A stretch of DNA of 64,000 bases, from the NCBI GenBank assembly GCA_051530055.1, contig CM121341.1, positions 3,755,761 through 3,819,760 on the forward strand, written 5' to 3'. Within the stretch, counting starts at the first letter, position 1, and each line of letters opens with the position of its first letter. The position numbers were made by a program, and so were the translations under genes. This DNA is from Neoechinorhynchus agilis. Its lineage: Eukaryota > Animalia > Acanthocephala. Shown here one piece after another: positions 1 to 11,600 of this stretch. The notes beneath the pieces were generated by a model, which saw only the letters and a list, made by a program, of their open reading frames with translations, was not told the DNA's origin and did no database searches.

Positions 1-900
1 GTAATCCCAATTCATTTCATCCTCTCCCGACCTCTCCCCCCTGCAGGTCTCGAAAGCGCTAATGAAGCTGGAGAAACAGCTGAACGCGATAAACCCGTCG
101 ATAATGTGGACAATCACCCCCAAAAGACAAAAATGGTCGGATCAGCTTCTTGGACGTCTACTTACAACGAAACGGAGCGTCGATTACCACCTCGTTATTC
201 CACGAACCTGGTATAGAGTGGAGTCCCCAACTCACTGGAAAAGTCATGGTCCCAACAGATATAAGTTTAACGCTGCTTGCAATCTATTCTCGAGAGCGCT
301 AGAAATAGGGAGCAACAAGTATGCGACAAAAAGGAGCAAAGGCATCATCGATCGGAAACTAAGAAACTTTTAGTACTCAACCTACGTCATTAAGAAGGCA
401 CTGACAGATGCAGAAGGACAAAAAAAGACAAGTTGAGCGAGAAGAAAACGAGATTCATCCGAGTTCATTACATTTCTTCAATAATGAGAAACCTTATCTC
501 TCGCATTGCGAAGAAATCGAGCTCGGTGAATCTCATACCGTACCACTAGGCAGGAGTGAATTTGAACAGCGTTTTCAAGTCGGAGCAACTCAAGGACAAC
601 GATTGCGTGGTCTACTCTGCAGCCTGCAAAAACTGTGGCAATGTCTTTATATTGGACAAACGAAGCAGGGTATTTGGAAAAGAAAGCATGAATACGCACT
701 CAAACGGAGTGATGTGTCATCGGTCATTTTCAACTTCGCCATGCAAAACGACCACACAATCGACTTCGGAGGAACGAAGGTGAAAATGGTGGAAAACGAG
801 GTCCAAAGAAGGCTCTGATCAAGGAAACTCTTCTCATCAACGCGGAGAGGACAATGGAAGGCAACAAGAGCAACTTCGCTCTTGTCCTTCCGACAAATAA
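1..900 (+). mobile_element. Degenerate Penelope-like retroelement (RT C-terminal part plus GIY-YIG endonuclease), frameshifted
   Basis: Overlapping frames give VVYSAACKNCGN and CLYIGQTKQGIWKRKHEYALKRSDVSSVIFNFAMQNDHTIDF, matching the PLE GIY-YIG pattern (VY.I.C..C...YIGQT.R....R..EH...H...H.IDF). Confidence 0.75.
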
Positions 901-1559
901 CCTCCGTGGAGCAGCAGGGTGAAGAGTCACCTTGGAAATTGATGGTCCCGCGTCCAGGGATCAAATGAACTCAAGTTCTATATGTGATTTTAGATGCTTG
1001 ATAAGGAGGTTGAGGCCTCGAAAATCTGGATGTAAATCTCGAGGAGGGAAAAACACGCCGTTCCGTGTTCCTCCTGTTTCCAAACTGCGATCGATCATCC
1101 CATTTTATTTATAATATTTGTTAGCTGTACTTCTTGGGCTGAACCTTTTTTGTAAAAAAATTCTTTTTTTAAACGGGTGAGTACGAAAATCAAGATTGCG
1201 ATTTTCGTATAAATCAAGTCTCCTAAAAAATTTTTAACCAGGCGAAACATCATTAACCAGTATCGATTCACTATCATTTCGATTTGATTCCAAGTATGGA
1301 TGGCAAATATTTTAGTCATAAACGTTTCCTACTTAATCTCAGCAACTATCGAGTCTTTGTTTTATCAAACATCCATTCAGATAAATATTTGTCAATTTGA
1401 TGCAAACTTTTCGCGCTCCAAATGGACTGAGATGCTTAGCTTAAATTTATCGGTAGTCCACATAGCTTTCATATTTCAAAACTTACAAGCAACCTGAAGA
1501 AGTCCGACGAGACAGGTGATATATTGAGATCATTAAAACAATATCTATTCTTCTCAATC

Positions 1560-2000
1560 ACCAAAGGACACACTTATATAAATGAACAACTTCTTTACAA
1601 CATATAATGTTCTATATTCCTTTTCCACAATCGAGACCTTCCACAAGAGACTCGAAACCTTCCACAAGAGAGCAGCGAGAATATGCGGGACTTTACTCCC
1701 TCCCCTCGACGCCCACCTCCACTCCATTTTCTCCAAAAACGCCCTCCGTCTTCTTCAACCCCCTCCACAATTTTCTTCTTTCATCTCTAAATACTCGTTC
1801 CTAGTAAATACCCGGAACCCAAACCTTTTTCATCCCCCCTCGCTCGTCCCAATCTTTCCATAATAATCGGAGAACAAGGAAAGACTCCTAATCAGCCATC
1901 TCCTTTACAAAGCCTCCGATCGCACATTAACACCCCTTCAAAGACAAATCCCACCTCCCTTGCCTTCAACATCCGTCATCCAGACACCGTTCAGCAAAGA
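1560..2000 (+). mobile_element. 3' fragment of an L2/CR1-like LINE (same family as the 19.7k, 24.2k, 33.2k, 40.9k and 45.6k copies)
   Basis: Pyrimidine-rich strand; RLETFHKRAARI segment resembles RLETFHRTASKI at about 19885. Confidence 0.5.
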
Positions 2001-2379
2001 TAGATGCTGACAAGTGTGTGGATCGTGCATTTCTTACATAAATGAAACGTGTTTATATAAATCGAAGCACCCTTCCTATAGTTTCACTCTATTGATGTGT
2101 ATTTGCTCAAACGAGAGAATGAGAATTAATGCCATCACAAGAATTTAACAATACATTGGAGAGTAAGCTTAACTCCTTTTAAGAAAGCGCTTTTTATTCA
2201 TACAAAGAAAAGCTTCACTTTACAAGTCAACTATTGCTCCTTTGTGCTCTTGTAAGTTTCTTGAGAGAACGTGAACAACGAAGCGTGATGATTTACGAGG
2301 TATGAACGGCTTCACACGCGGTCCATTGCGCATTCCAGTAATGTATACAATGGTTAAGACGTACAAAGTGTCAATTTTC

Positions 2380-3800
2380 CCGATCACAGCAAAAATGCCG
2401 CCCGATGATTTTGGTCGTTAACGAACCTGCATACATGATATCTCGGCTCTTGGCGATGGTTGTCAGTCCACTGATTCAGAGGACAGCCTCATATGTACGA
2501 AACGTCCAGGGACTTCCTTCGATTTCGAGTCGCTTTATACGAATGTGGACAACGAAGCAGCAGTCAGAGCACTGGAGAGAAAGTTGCGAGAGTGCGAAGA
2601 GGATATCAGTCTCTTTGGAACGCAATCGTGCGATGTGATTCGTCTCATCCGGATGGTTTTGGATTGCAACCATTTCCAATATGGCAACCAGTTATGCCGC
2701 CAGATCCGCAGATTGCCCATGGGCAATAGTTTAGCGATAATTTGGAAAGCCAGAGCATCTTCTCACACCTAGCGTCTCCGCTATGTGGATGATGTTCTGT
2801 TCACCTACAGAGACGAGAGTGAAGGCAATAACACGGAGTCCGGTTGAATTTGATGGATTCGGCTGAGCGAATCAGAGTTACCTGGGACAGCCCAGCGGAT
2901 CGTGAATCTATGTTTCAACGCCAATGATATAAACGAATACAGTTGGTAGTGCAAGCCGAGCAAGAAGGTCATATTCATGCATCGAGATTCTCATAATCCT
3001 TGGGTGATAAAACATGCGATCTACGCTCAGATGCATCGGACTGCATGGACGTGCTCATTATCTCTAGATGCGGAACGATTGGCGGTTCAGGAAATCAATG
3101 AAACGTTGGTTCAGAATGGATACTCAGGTCAAGAGATCAGAATACTTCAATTACGCTCGGAAAAGGTTAGACAGCGAATGGTTGATGATTTCGAGAGGAA
3201 TCGGCAAAAGTTAAAGCCCATTCTGAAGATTCCATTCGTCAGCGAGCAATTCACGAACGACATAGACTGCTGCGAAGAGCGGGACTGGATGCTCGCCTGG
3301 TACACAGGAGACATCATGAAGCAATAGAAGGGCAAGAGATTTCCTTGGGCTGTAAGATTTAGTGAGCGGAATTATAAAAGATTTATTAAGATTGAAAATA
3401 AGATTTCCTGGCCTGCGAACGTTGCAAATAAAAAGGAAATGGCGTTATATCACATTCATTGGGGGAGGACGGAGCAACGATCGCTGTAAAACGAGTTACA
3501 CGGAACATGTTCGTAATGCGCTTAACCCCAGTGTTCATGGGCGGAACACCATTCGCAGTGCCATCGTGATGGCGAGGTGAACCTCTGTATCGAGATCATT
3601 TAAAAAGCCCAAGACCCGGTGGATTTAGTGATTTCGGTACAGACGATGGGTTCGAATCGGAGGATGAGTGAGGATGCACCTCATCATCAACAAGAGGGAT
3701 GAGCCAGTGGATTCGCGGATGTTGTGACCTGTTTGTGTCTCACCACCTCACATATTTCAGATTGCTTCCCAGTTGAAGCCACGGCGAAAGCTAGGCAAAT
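2380..3800 (+). mobile_element. Degenerate Penelope-like retroelement (RT core to GIY-YIG)
   Basis: Broken frames give QIRRLPMGNSLA, RYVDDVLF (about 2780), KPSKKVIFMHRDSHNPWVIKHAI and a YITFIGGGRSNDRCKTSYTEH GIY-YIG remnant. Confidence 0.75.
3762..3798 (+). ncRNA. Degenerate minimal (PLE-type) hammerhead ribozyme remnant
   Basis: TTGCTTCC CAGTTGA A GCC AC GGC GAAA GCT A GGCAA: core differs from CTGATGA at 2 positions, GCC/GGC stem II, palindromic AGCT stem III; located at the PLE 3' end. Confidence 0.35.
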
Positions 3801-4877
3801 AAACTATATCTATAGGTCGTACAAATGTCAAATTAAAATTACGCTATTCTAAATATAGATTAAATACGATTAACCGTATTAAAAATGCGTTTTATAATTC
3901 GCGTTATGAATACGATTGATGACAGTAGTGATCACTGAGATGTTAAATGATCATTCATAATGGCAAAAAACACGATTTTGTCACCATGACAATTTGAGAT
4001 ATAAGATTTGCTGTAAATCAACGCTTATTTGAAAGAATATTGCCAAAAAATCATATCAAAATATATCTTGATTCTCACAAAAGCAAAAATTTAAACGTAA
4101 GAAATTTTTTGTGGTGCAAATCTTCAACCAATAGATGAGGCATGGCGGGTCGTTGAAAAGTGATTTATTTCAACCCCAAATAGTTAAATTACGCAAAAAC
4201 GTATATACAATTTTAAAGTTTATTTGCTACTTTTTTCTAACATTCAAAAGACAAAAAATATTGCACCAAAGACTTTTAACAAATCTCTTTCCATTTGTCA
4301 ATGCCAAGTAAACTGGAACATTGTCTAAATTAATTTACGAGATTCTCAACTTCTTTCTAAAGATCTAAAGTTGCCCATTTTTGTCAAGAATTTACACTCA
4401 CGATTCAATGGTTAAAAATATAAAGAGGGTATAATTGGGACGCGACAAAAATCTAATAAAAAGTTAACAATATAAAGAGCATTTCTAAAGTCCAAGAAAG
4501 ATTTTATCTCCAAAAAGAAACCCAAATATTTAAATTCAGCAGTTGGCCATAATTATTTAGTCCGAATTTTACTTGAGCAAACATCCATGCAAAAATGAAT
4601 GTAATCAAAAAGCATCTCGCTGTTACAAGACGTAAAAAATTAATATAGTATCGACAAAAAAAGGAGAGATTTGTATCTTTGATTAGTAAAAGTTATAAGA
4701 TTTTCTAGAAATGAATTTATTTGGGATACGAAGTACGAAATTTTTTAGCTCGTTTTTTCCGAAACTAAAAACAATTTTTAAAATACGTAAAAGGTTTAAA
4801 AAATCTGTTTGCGTGGTCAGCGAACGACATATTAAAAACGACCAATTGAATTTTTTAGCTCGTTTGTTTCCTAAAAA

Positions 4878-7093
4878 ATGGAATATTTAAAAAGAGTTCG
4901 GAACTTCTCACAATTCGACATTGAGAATAATGGCGATTCGAATGAATTTACACTTAGCGCAGATCAGGAGACTGGAACACTATTAAAGGAAGGATGCAAA
5001 ATACGGCAAAGTCTCACCGAATCACCGATTTCTTTATGGGCATCGGTTTCTGTATTGAAGAAATACATTCAGGAGTACACTGAAGTTGGATCGATGATTG
5101 ACGCGATTTTTAGGCGATCGGGTTTCCGTGCTAGAAACCTGAGAGAAGCTACGGTTAACAAATTTCATTTGCTTGTTTCACAATTGAGAATTTATGAACA
5201 AAAATGGATGAGAAAGGTATGGCGAATGAGAAATGAAGGAAAGTTCTTTAGTCCAGGGAGCGATGAACCACAAAAGGATCTAATTTTTATGCCCATTAAT
5301 TTTCACATTCACAAGCTAGAAGTTGTCACTACTACAAAACGAAATGCGTGGAGCCATTACACCATGGGAATCCCCAACGTTCGTTCAAGGTTTGCAAAAG
5401 AGTTGGCAAGAGCATCTCGGTCGTCTAAAATAGGAAATGATTCAAATGTTGATTGCTGGGGCAAATACATCGGTCTTGCGGGTATCTGGGCTTACGGACT
5501 TGATGTGGAACTCGTGTTTTTAACGTCGATAAAAACTGAATTGAGAAGATTCCAGAAATCAAAAGGTCGGAATATGCTGTACTTTATGAAAAGATCGATT
5601 ATTGTCGAAGGACGTGGGCTCGATTATGAGACGTTTTTATTCTGCTTTGAATCTCACCTTAGGACTTGAGAAAAGAACGGACCAATTTATTTTTCATTCA
5701 AAAGTTTCAATTTCGAAATCGATACCGAATTAACAGAAAATAAATGTAGAAAATTCCGTAAATCTTCACTCAAATCAATAAAAACGTTTCTCGCGAGTAG
5801 TTGACTATTACAATGACGCCGACAGGGACTTGGTTACCTTTACTCCTCCTCCGTCAGACGTTCAATTATTACTAGACGAAATGTGTGAAGCACTTCATCG
5901 AAACCGAAGCTCTTCGGCTGTTCAAAAACAAGATATGGATTTAGTCGTTGAAAGATGCGCAAAAGTTGATCACATGTTAAAAACCGGATTTCTTTGCTAC
6001 CCACGAAAATATGCGAAATGTTTCAATAGAATCGTAGATCTGCAATCGAACATTATCAAAAATCGAGTGGTGCATATTCGAAATGCACTTCTGCATTGCC
6101 AACTGATTGGTGGAATTATTGGCGGTGTTTACGACCATTTTAACAATTCCGATATGAACTTTGAAGAACTCCGCAAGCGTCCAGAAATTCCAATAGTGTT
6201 CAATTACGCCTTGAGCTGTTATGGCGACGAGAAAGGTCTTGTTGAAGACTTCGAAAACATATTGAAAAAAATTGAAAATATAGATATTCGAATTGAACCG
6301 ATGATTGAGAAATTGGATAAGAAAATGCCTTCAATATACCCGAATGTTACGAAACCAATGGAAATTAATTTGGGTGCTTCGACTTCAATCCATTCTTCCA
6401 ATTTCACCTTTAATTTAGAGGTAAGCGGTTGTGAATGATTCGACTTATTCGAGAAAAATTATTTGTCCGTTTTAGATAAATCCTCAATTGTTTTCGCGAC
6501 TATTTCCCGAACCGGAAGATCAAACGTCGACCTTTACAGAGTTTCACTTGGAGCCTTTTTTCTTTAATGTTGGCATAGATCGAAATGCCGAACGTGCAAT
6601 AAGAGCCCATCGAAAGCGTCCACGAACACCGCACTTCATTGAACAGACGATCGGTCTTAAATCATTAGAACGACTTTCCAGCTACGCCAAGAAAAGACTT
6701 GGATCATCGTTTGTTGATGGAAGCATCAAATCGAAACTAGAAAGCTTGGAAATGCTTCTTGGTGATCCGTACGTTTCAAAACAAAATCAAATTCTTCATC
6801 TTGCAGCGTCCATCGTTCGGGACCTCGACGGACTAGTTTTCTTCGGATGCAGAAATGCCAACGATCGAACATCTATGGTTCTCACTTACGATCAGGTCGA
6901 ATTAGCCAAACAGGTTGATGTGCTGCGATCAGATGACAGTTCAAAAGATCTTCTGGACATCTTGAGACTTAATGGGACAACAATACATTTAGCCAAAAAG
7001 TCTACTGGCATCGAAGCGTATCGGTTTACTGATCCTGTTAGCGACCTCCTTAGCGATTATGTGCCACCAGCTAAAGTTCTCCGTTCAGAATAG
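4878..7093 (+). CDS. INPP4: Inositol polyphosphate 4-phosphatase (INPP4A/B-like), multi-exon
   Basis: KDLIFMPINFHIHKLEV (cf. LEFVPTNLHIQRMRV), FNYALSCYGDEKGLVED (cf. FESLLSTYGEELAMLED), PFFFNVGID (cf. PVLFNVGINE), CX5R motif CRNANDRTSM (cf. CKSAKDRTAM). Clear intron 6421-6475; probable introns near 5614-5670 and 5758-5800. Confidence 0.85.
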
Positions 7094-10000
7094 AGTTACG
7101 GAGCTGCTACGCAAGTTTTTTAAATATATTGAGTTTTAACGATCGGAATCGAAATTTTCTTATAAGTTCATTTTTTACTATTTGTCCAAGTTTAACCTTG
7201 AAAAATTGCATTAACACAGCAATTTAATGACGCCGAAGAAGGCGACTATTTGAAATTTTGCATATCAATCGAACATCAATAATTTATCAGATTACTTTAT
7301 ACATTCTTTTTAATAGAAATTCCAATAGAATGTTCTTTTGCCTGACGAACTCAGGATCGTTAACTATCTTAGACGACAAAAGCACCGACGCTGCATGGCG
7401 AAAAAGACCCATTTCAACCAATCCCATCGCTAAAACCGGAACCACAGCACTGTGTTCATCCGGATAATTAACAAGAACTTGTTTGCAACCAACTAGAAAT
7501 TCCTCATAATATCCAGACCGCATATTAACCCTTAGAACGCCCAAAGCGCACAAAATCGAGTCATCGAAGTGCTTTTTATAAATCTGAAGGGCAAGCTCCA
7601 GATTATTTTGAATTTCTTGATAGATACCACGAATGAAATTCCATATTTCACCTGTATCATCGAAAAAGTATCCATAAGAGTTTACGGCTTTCAATGCCAA
7701 TTTGAACCTGGGACTTTTGGCAACATCACCAATATCTGTTCCCAAATACAAACTCCTTTTGACTGATTCAGTAATGGATCTTATATACTTGATTGAGTAT
7801 AAAGCATAGAATGGTATGTTTAGTCTATTACTAACATTAGCCGGATAAATCTCCTTATTCTTGGACAAAATGTGTTCAATCTTTTCAAGACTATCATTAA
7901 AATCATTGTCTCCAATGATTAAAGCCATGTCGCTTCTGACGAACATTTTAGCATATCGTGCGAATAAATCTCGAATCCTCGGGTATTTATCGCGCAATGA
8001 GTTGAAATGAGCGTAACCGAACAAACAAGCTCGTTGCCGATAGTTTAGGCGAAAACATTGGTTAAGTGCATAAATTATCAACCGATTGCATGGGTTTTGT
8101 TTTCTTTGTTTTTCTATAACCGCCAATAGATACCATGAAGCATAATTCTTACTGGAGTAGTTCAACGATAAAAAGCATGCCATCAAAGCTTTATTATAAT
8201 CTTTCAATTCGAGATAAGCACGAGCAATTGACGTATAAATCGCGGAACTGGATTCGCTGCATTCGTTTAGAACTGATTCGACTTTTTCAATTGTTTCTAA
8301 AAGCTTCTCACGATATGTTGACTTTTTAGAAAGTCGATAAAGAACTGTAAGCACCAAAATGTTCGCGTTCAACAGCGGAAGCGAATTTACGTCTCCAATA
8401 ATAACTTCTTTTAGCATTAATTCGATTCTGTCAAGGTTGTAATTCGATTGTAACATTAAAACGACTTTACGGTATGTGCAATGAGCTCTGTTGAAACGAG
8501 TTAAATTGCTCGGTCCATACAAAGAATCGATTTGGTCGCAAACGTTAATCGCAACCTGGAATTCCTTGGCTCTTCGCAGTTCTACCAAGTATCGGCGCTG
8601 GCATAGATCACAACTCCTTGCGGAATCATATAGAATTTGTGTGAGAGAAACTCGATTATGATCGGTTGCGTTTTCTAGATCTAAAATAAGTTTACGTTCA
8701 GCACGTAAATGACACTGGGGATTCAATAGAGCCGAAATATTTGCAGCGTTTCGATCATCCTGAGAAATATTCTTGTCCATTTTAAACCAATCACGACAGA
8801 GTTCAGCTCCACGGTTCAAGACTTCATTCAGAATTTTAACGGCTTCTTGGTAATGACTGGTTTGCGCAAGTGTTCGTGCCATACCCATCTGAGCAATTAA
8901 AGAATTAGGATTTCGTTTGAGCGCTTTTGAAAACATATCGTACGCTCGTCTTAAAAGTATTTGTCTGTCACTTTGATCAATAAAAACGTCATCAAGAGCA
9001 ATAAAGCCAAGTAGACTTAAAGGTTCATGACTGAATTTCATTGAATTCTTGTAAGCTTCTATGATTTTAACTCGCATTTCACCCTTTTTAGAACTGAAGC
9101 GAGATCCCCACGCCATCATCCGGAGCTGATGAACACAAAGATCACTGCAATCTTCGACCGAATCATTGTCAAGAGTGCCTAGAAACAGTTTTACAAGATA
9201 ATTTTGATACGGTGTCAGTTTTGCCTCAGGTAAAAACTGAAGAAGGAGTACTTTGAGATGAACTAGAGACATAGCTTGACTGATTATTGCTTCAAACATT
9301 CCAAAACTGGACATATTAGCCATCGTGAGCAGGGTTGCTTTCCCGTCCAAGAGTTGAATTCGTTCTTGATTTCGCTGGTATAACGGAATATCAAGTGGAG
9401 TTTGACTTTGGAAAAATTTTGCGCTGGTCACCATGTCTCTATCGAGACACTCATTCGTGATGAGCACACAAACCAATGGATCCAGTGTTTTTGGATTCAA
9501 TTGCGGACACAAGTTTCCTGAGTTGAACAAAAACTTCACAGCTTTTTCATAGTCACATTGAGCCATAAACTTGTGATTAACGAGGGATTTTATGAAAGAT
9601 ACTTCGGATAGAATTTTACAGCAACATGAATCGTTCGCAAAGGCTATTGCATCCACTAAGACTTTTGAAACGATATTCAATTCAAGGCAAGCTCCACCTT
9701 GAAACCTCTGTTGATCTCGGATATAATCATGGATAAGGAAATGAACTACACGGGCAAGCAGTATTGAATATTTGTCCTTTTGAAATTTCCATATCATTAA
9801 CAACATTTGTCTTGCTTTTGAATCCGCAGTGGTTGTGTATGGACCTAGAAACTTATTCAAGTTTCCTTCATTTTCAACGTGCATCATCAATTTCTGAATA
9901 ACTTCCAAATCGCGAGACATCTTTAATGGCGAAAAGTGAATTAACTTACTGATTTGACAAGGAAAAGGAGACGTGGAAGTCGATCATTCAATAATAACCG

Positions 10001-10877
10001 CATCTTGGTAGAGAAAAGTCTTCAATAAAGGATGAACTTAAAACAATCTTGTCCAAAATTCAATTTAAAAATTAAAGAGCAATGTTCCTCGGTTTTTGGG
10101 GAATAAAAATATTTCGGATCGCTGGATAAGGAACTTCATCCTTTCGAGGCTACGATTGCCTTATAAGTCGGTTTGGAACCGTGAACATTACTAGGCAAAA
10201 AGGACACTGGCAAAAGTCTTCAACTGTGATCCAGAATCAATGGTTACAACACGACGGAACCCCACAGAATGGTAGTCCAGTGTCCGCTGCAAATTCGAGT
10301 CTCAGCGTCATCTCAGCTTCTAGTTTTTCTATGGACCATTAATATTTGTGGCCACCCAAGAGCTTTGGGAATAATTTTCTCATTTTTTCTGGTGGAAATC
10401 AATACATTGAATAAAATTGATTTGACCCATTATTTAAGAACACATAGACGAAAAACCACGACTAATCCGAAGTGATAAACGATAATGGCGATCGACGACT
10501 TATTCTGTTGTCTTTTGAAAGTCGCATACCGCCTTAAAAAATAAACATTCGTAAGTGCGAACCTAAACAAACAAACAACAATATCCATAAAAGTAATTCC
10601 CACAAATGACGTCACCATTCTGGAAGAAATAGTTCCGTTTTGACCATTAAAGATTAATCAAAGAATTTGTAGATATTTGTTCATTTTTATTGATAATTGA
10701 TCGAGATTTCTATTAACAGATCAATACAATAACTTGCAACGTTTCCTTCGGAAATCTTAAATACGCGGTATAAAAGCGAAAGAAATAATTGCACTTCGTA
10801 ACTTTGAAGTCTGGTCAACCGGTAACTTTTTGCATCAATCTATTTGTGGCCTTTTTAAAATGGTTGATGGTTTTTCA
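5569..10877. repeat. Segmental duplication block A (copy at 35150-40414)
   Basis: ORFs repeat at constant offset 29,581; about 14 substitutions in the first 4.4 kb by eye (about 0.3%). Confidence 0.95.
7287..9920 (-). CDS. TPR / alpha-solenoid protein (877 aa), segments reminiscent of CTR9
   Basis: Long intact ORF with TPR-like helical pairs (RAYDMFSKALKRNPNSLIAQMGMARTLAQTSHYQEAVKILNEVL; SIARAYLELKDYNKALMACFLSLNYSSKNYASWYLLAVIE). Confidence 0.8.
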   Translation of the reverse strand: MSRDLEVIQKLMMHVENEGNLNKFLGPYTTTADSKARQMLLMIWKFQKDKYSILLARVVHFLIHDYIRDQQRFQGGACLELNIVSKVLVDAIAFANDSCCCKILSEVSFIKSLVNHKFMAQCDYEKAVKFLFNSGNLCPQLNPKTLDPLVCVLITNECLDRDMVTSAKFFQSQTPLDIPLYQRNQERIQLLDGKATLLTMANMSSFGMFEAIISQAMSLVHLKVLLLQFLPEAKLTPYQNYLVKLFLGTLDNDSVEDCSDLCVHQLRMMAWGSRFSSKKGEMRVKIIEAYKNSMKFSHEPLSLLGFIALDDVFIDQSDRQILLRRAYDMFSKALKRNPNSLIAQMGMARTLAQTSHYQEAVKILNEVLNRGAELCRDWFKMDKNISQDDRNAANISALLNPQCHLRAERKLILDLENATDHNRVSLTQILYDSARSCDLCQRRYLVELRRAKEFQVAINVCDQIDSLYGPSNLTRFNRAHCTYRKVVLMLQSNYNLDRIELMLKEVIIGDVNSLPLLNANILVLTVLYRLSKKSTYREKLLETIEKVESVLNECSESSSAIYTSIARAYLELKDYNKALMACFLSLNYSSKNYASWYLLAVIEKQRKQNPCNRLIIYALNQCFRLNYRQRACLFGYAHFNSLRDKYPRIRDLFARYAKMFVRSDMALIIGDNDFNDSLEKIEHILSKNKEIYPANVSNRLNIPFYALYSIKYIRSITESVKRSLYLGTDIGDVAKSPRFKLALKAVNSYGYFFDDTGEIWNFIRGIYQEIQNNLELALQIYKKHFDDSILCALGVLRVNMRSGYYEEFLVGCKQVLVNYPDEHSAVVPVLAMGLVEMGLFRHAASVLLSSKIVNDPEFVRQKNILLEFLLKRMYKVI

Positions 10878-11235
10878 GTGCTGGTGCTACCAATGTTGCG
10901 TAGCATGACGGGCAAATTAGTCGGCAACAAACCGCAAGAGGTGTGCGCGGATGGAACTCCCCACACTTCGGGTATTAGCAAACCCGCGGATCTGAGCTAC
11001 ACCCAGACGTGACCGGCTGTGCATGATGTCCATATCCTCCATTTTAGATATCGACTGAAGAGGCAAGGAAAACCTTGTGAAATATTTCGAATATAAATGA
11101 GTAACGAAAGCACCGGGGGCAGGATTCGCCAACGCACAAAGAAATAATTGCACTTCGTAACTTTGAAGTCTGGTCAACCGGTAACTTTTTGCATCAATCT
11201 ATTTGTGGCCTTTTTAAAATGGTTGATGGTTTTTC
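10779..11235. repeat. 98-bp direct repeat (10779-10876 and 11138-11235) bracketing a 261-bp GC-richer insert
   Basis: Identical AAAGAAATAATTGCACTTCG...GGTTGATGGTTTTTC at both positions. Confidence 0.9.
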
Positions 11236-11600
11236 GGTATATTTCCATTAAAAACGCAGCTACCCAGAAGAAATAGTTGAGCACGCGAAATTATTTTGAT
11301 GTTAGGTGCTTGCTGCGTAAAGCTGTTGAGGATCTCAGTTTGACTAGCGGCGTTTTCTGCATTCATCACAAACAGCTCACATTTCGAGGTATTAAGCTCA
11401 ACGCCGAGCTTGGCAGCTTCCCTCATGACGACCTCCAAATCTCGCAACACCACGGAGGGAGACCCAACGAGTGTTGCATCGTCCAAATACCAAGCATTAT
11501 ATTTGGATTGGAGCGAATAAGCGATCGGGTTGACGGCAAGAGAGAAACCGATAGGACCGAGAGGATCACCTTGTTGGATACATCGTTGAGACCAGATGAT
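11236..11600 (-). mobile_element. CRE-clade-like non-LTR reverse transcriptase fragment
   Basis: Minus strand reads QQGDPLGPIGFSLAVNPIAYSLQSKYNAWYLDDATLVGS...GVELNTSKCEL. Confidence 0.75.

Noticed and set aside
995-1530. Hammerhead-like strings at about 998-1030 (GAGG..CCTC GAAA) and about 1493-1516 (CTGAAGA AGTCC GAC GAGA)
   Set aside because: Core incomplete and stems I and III cannot be formed convincingly.
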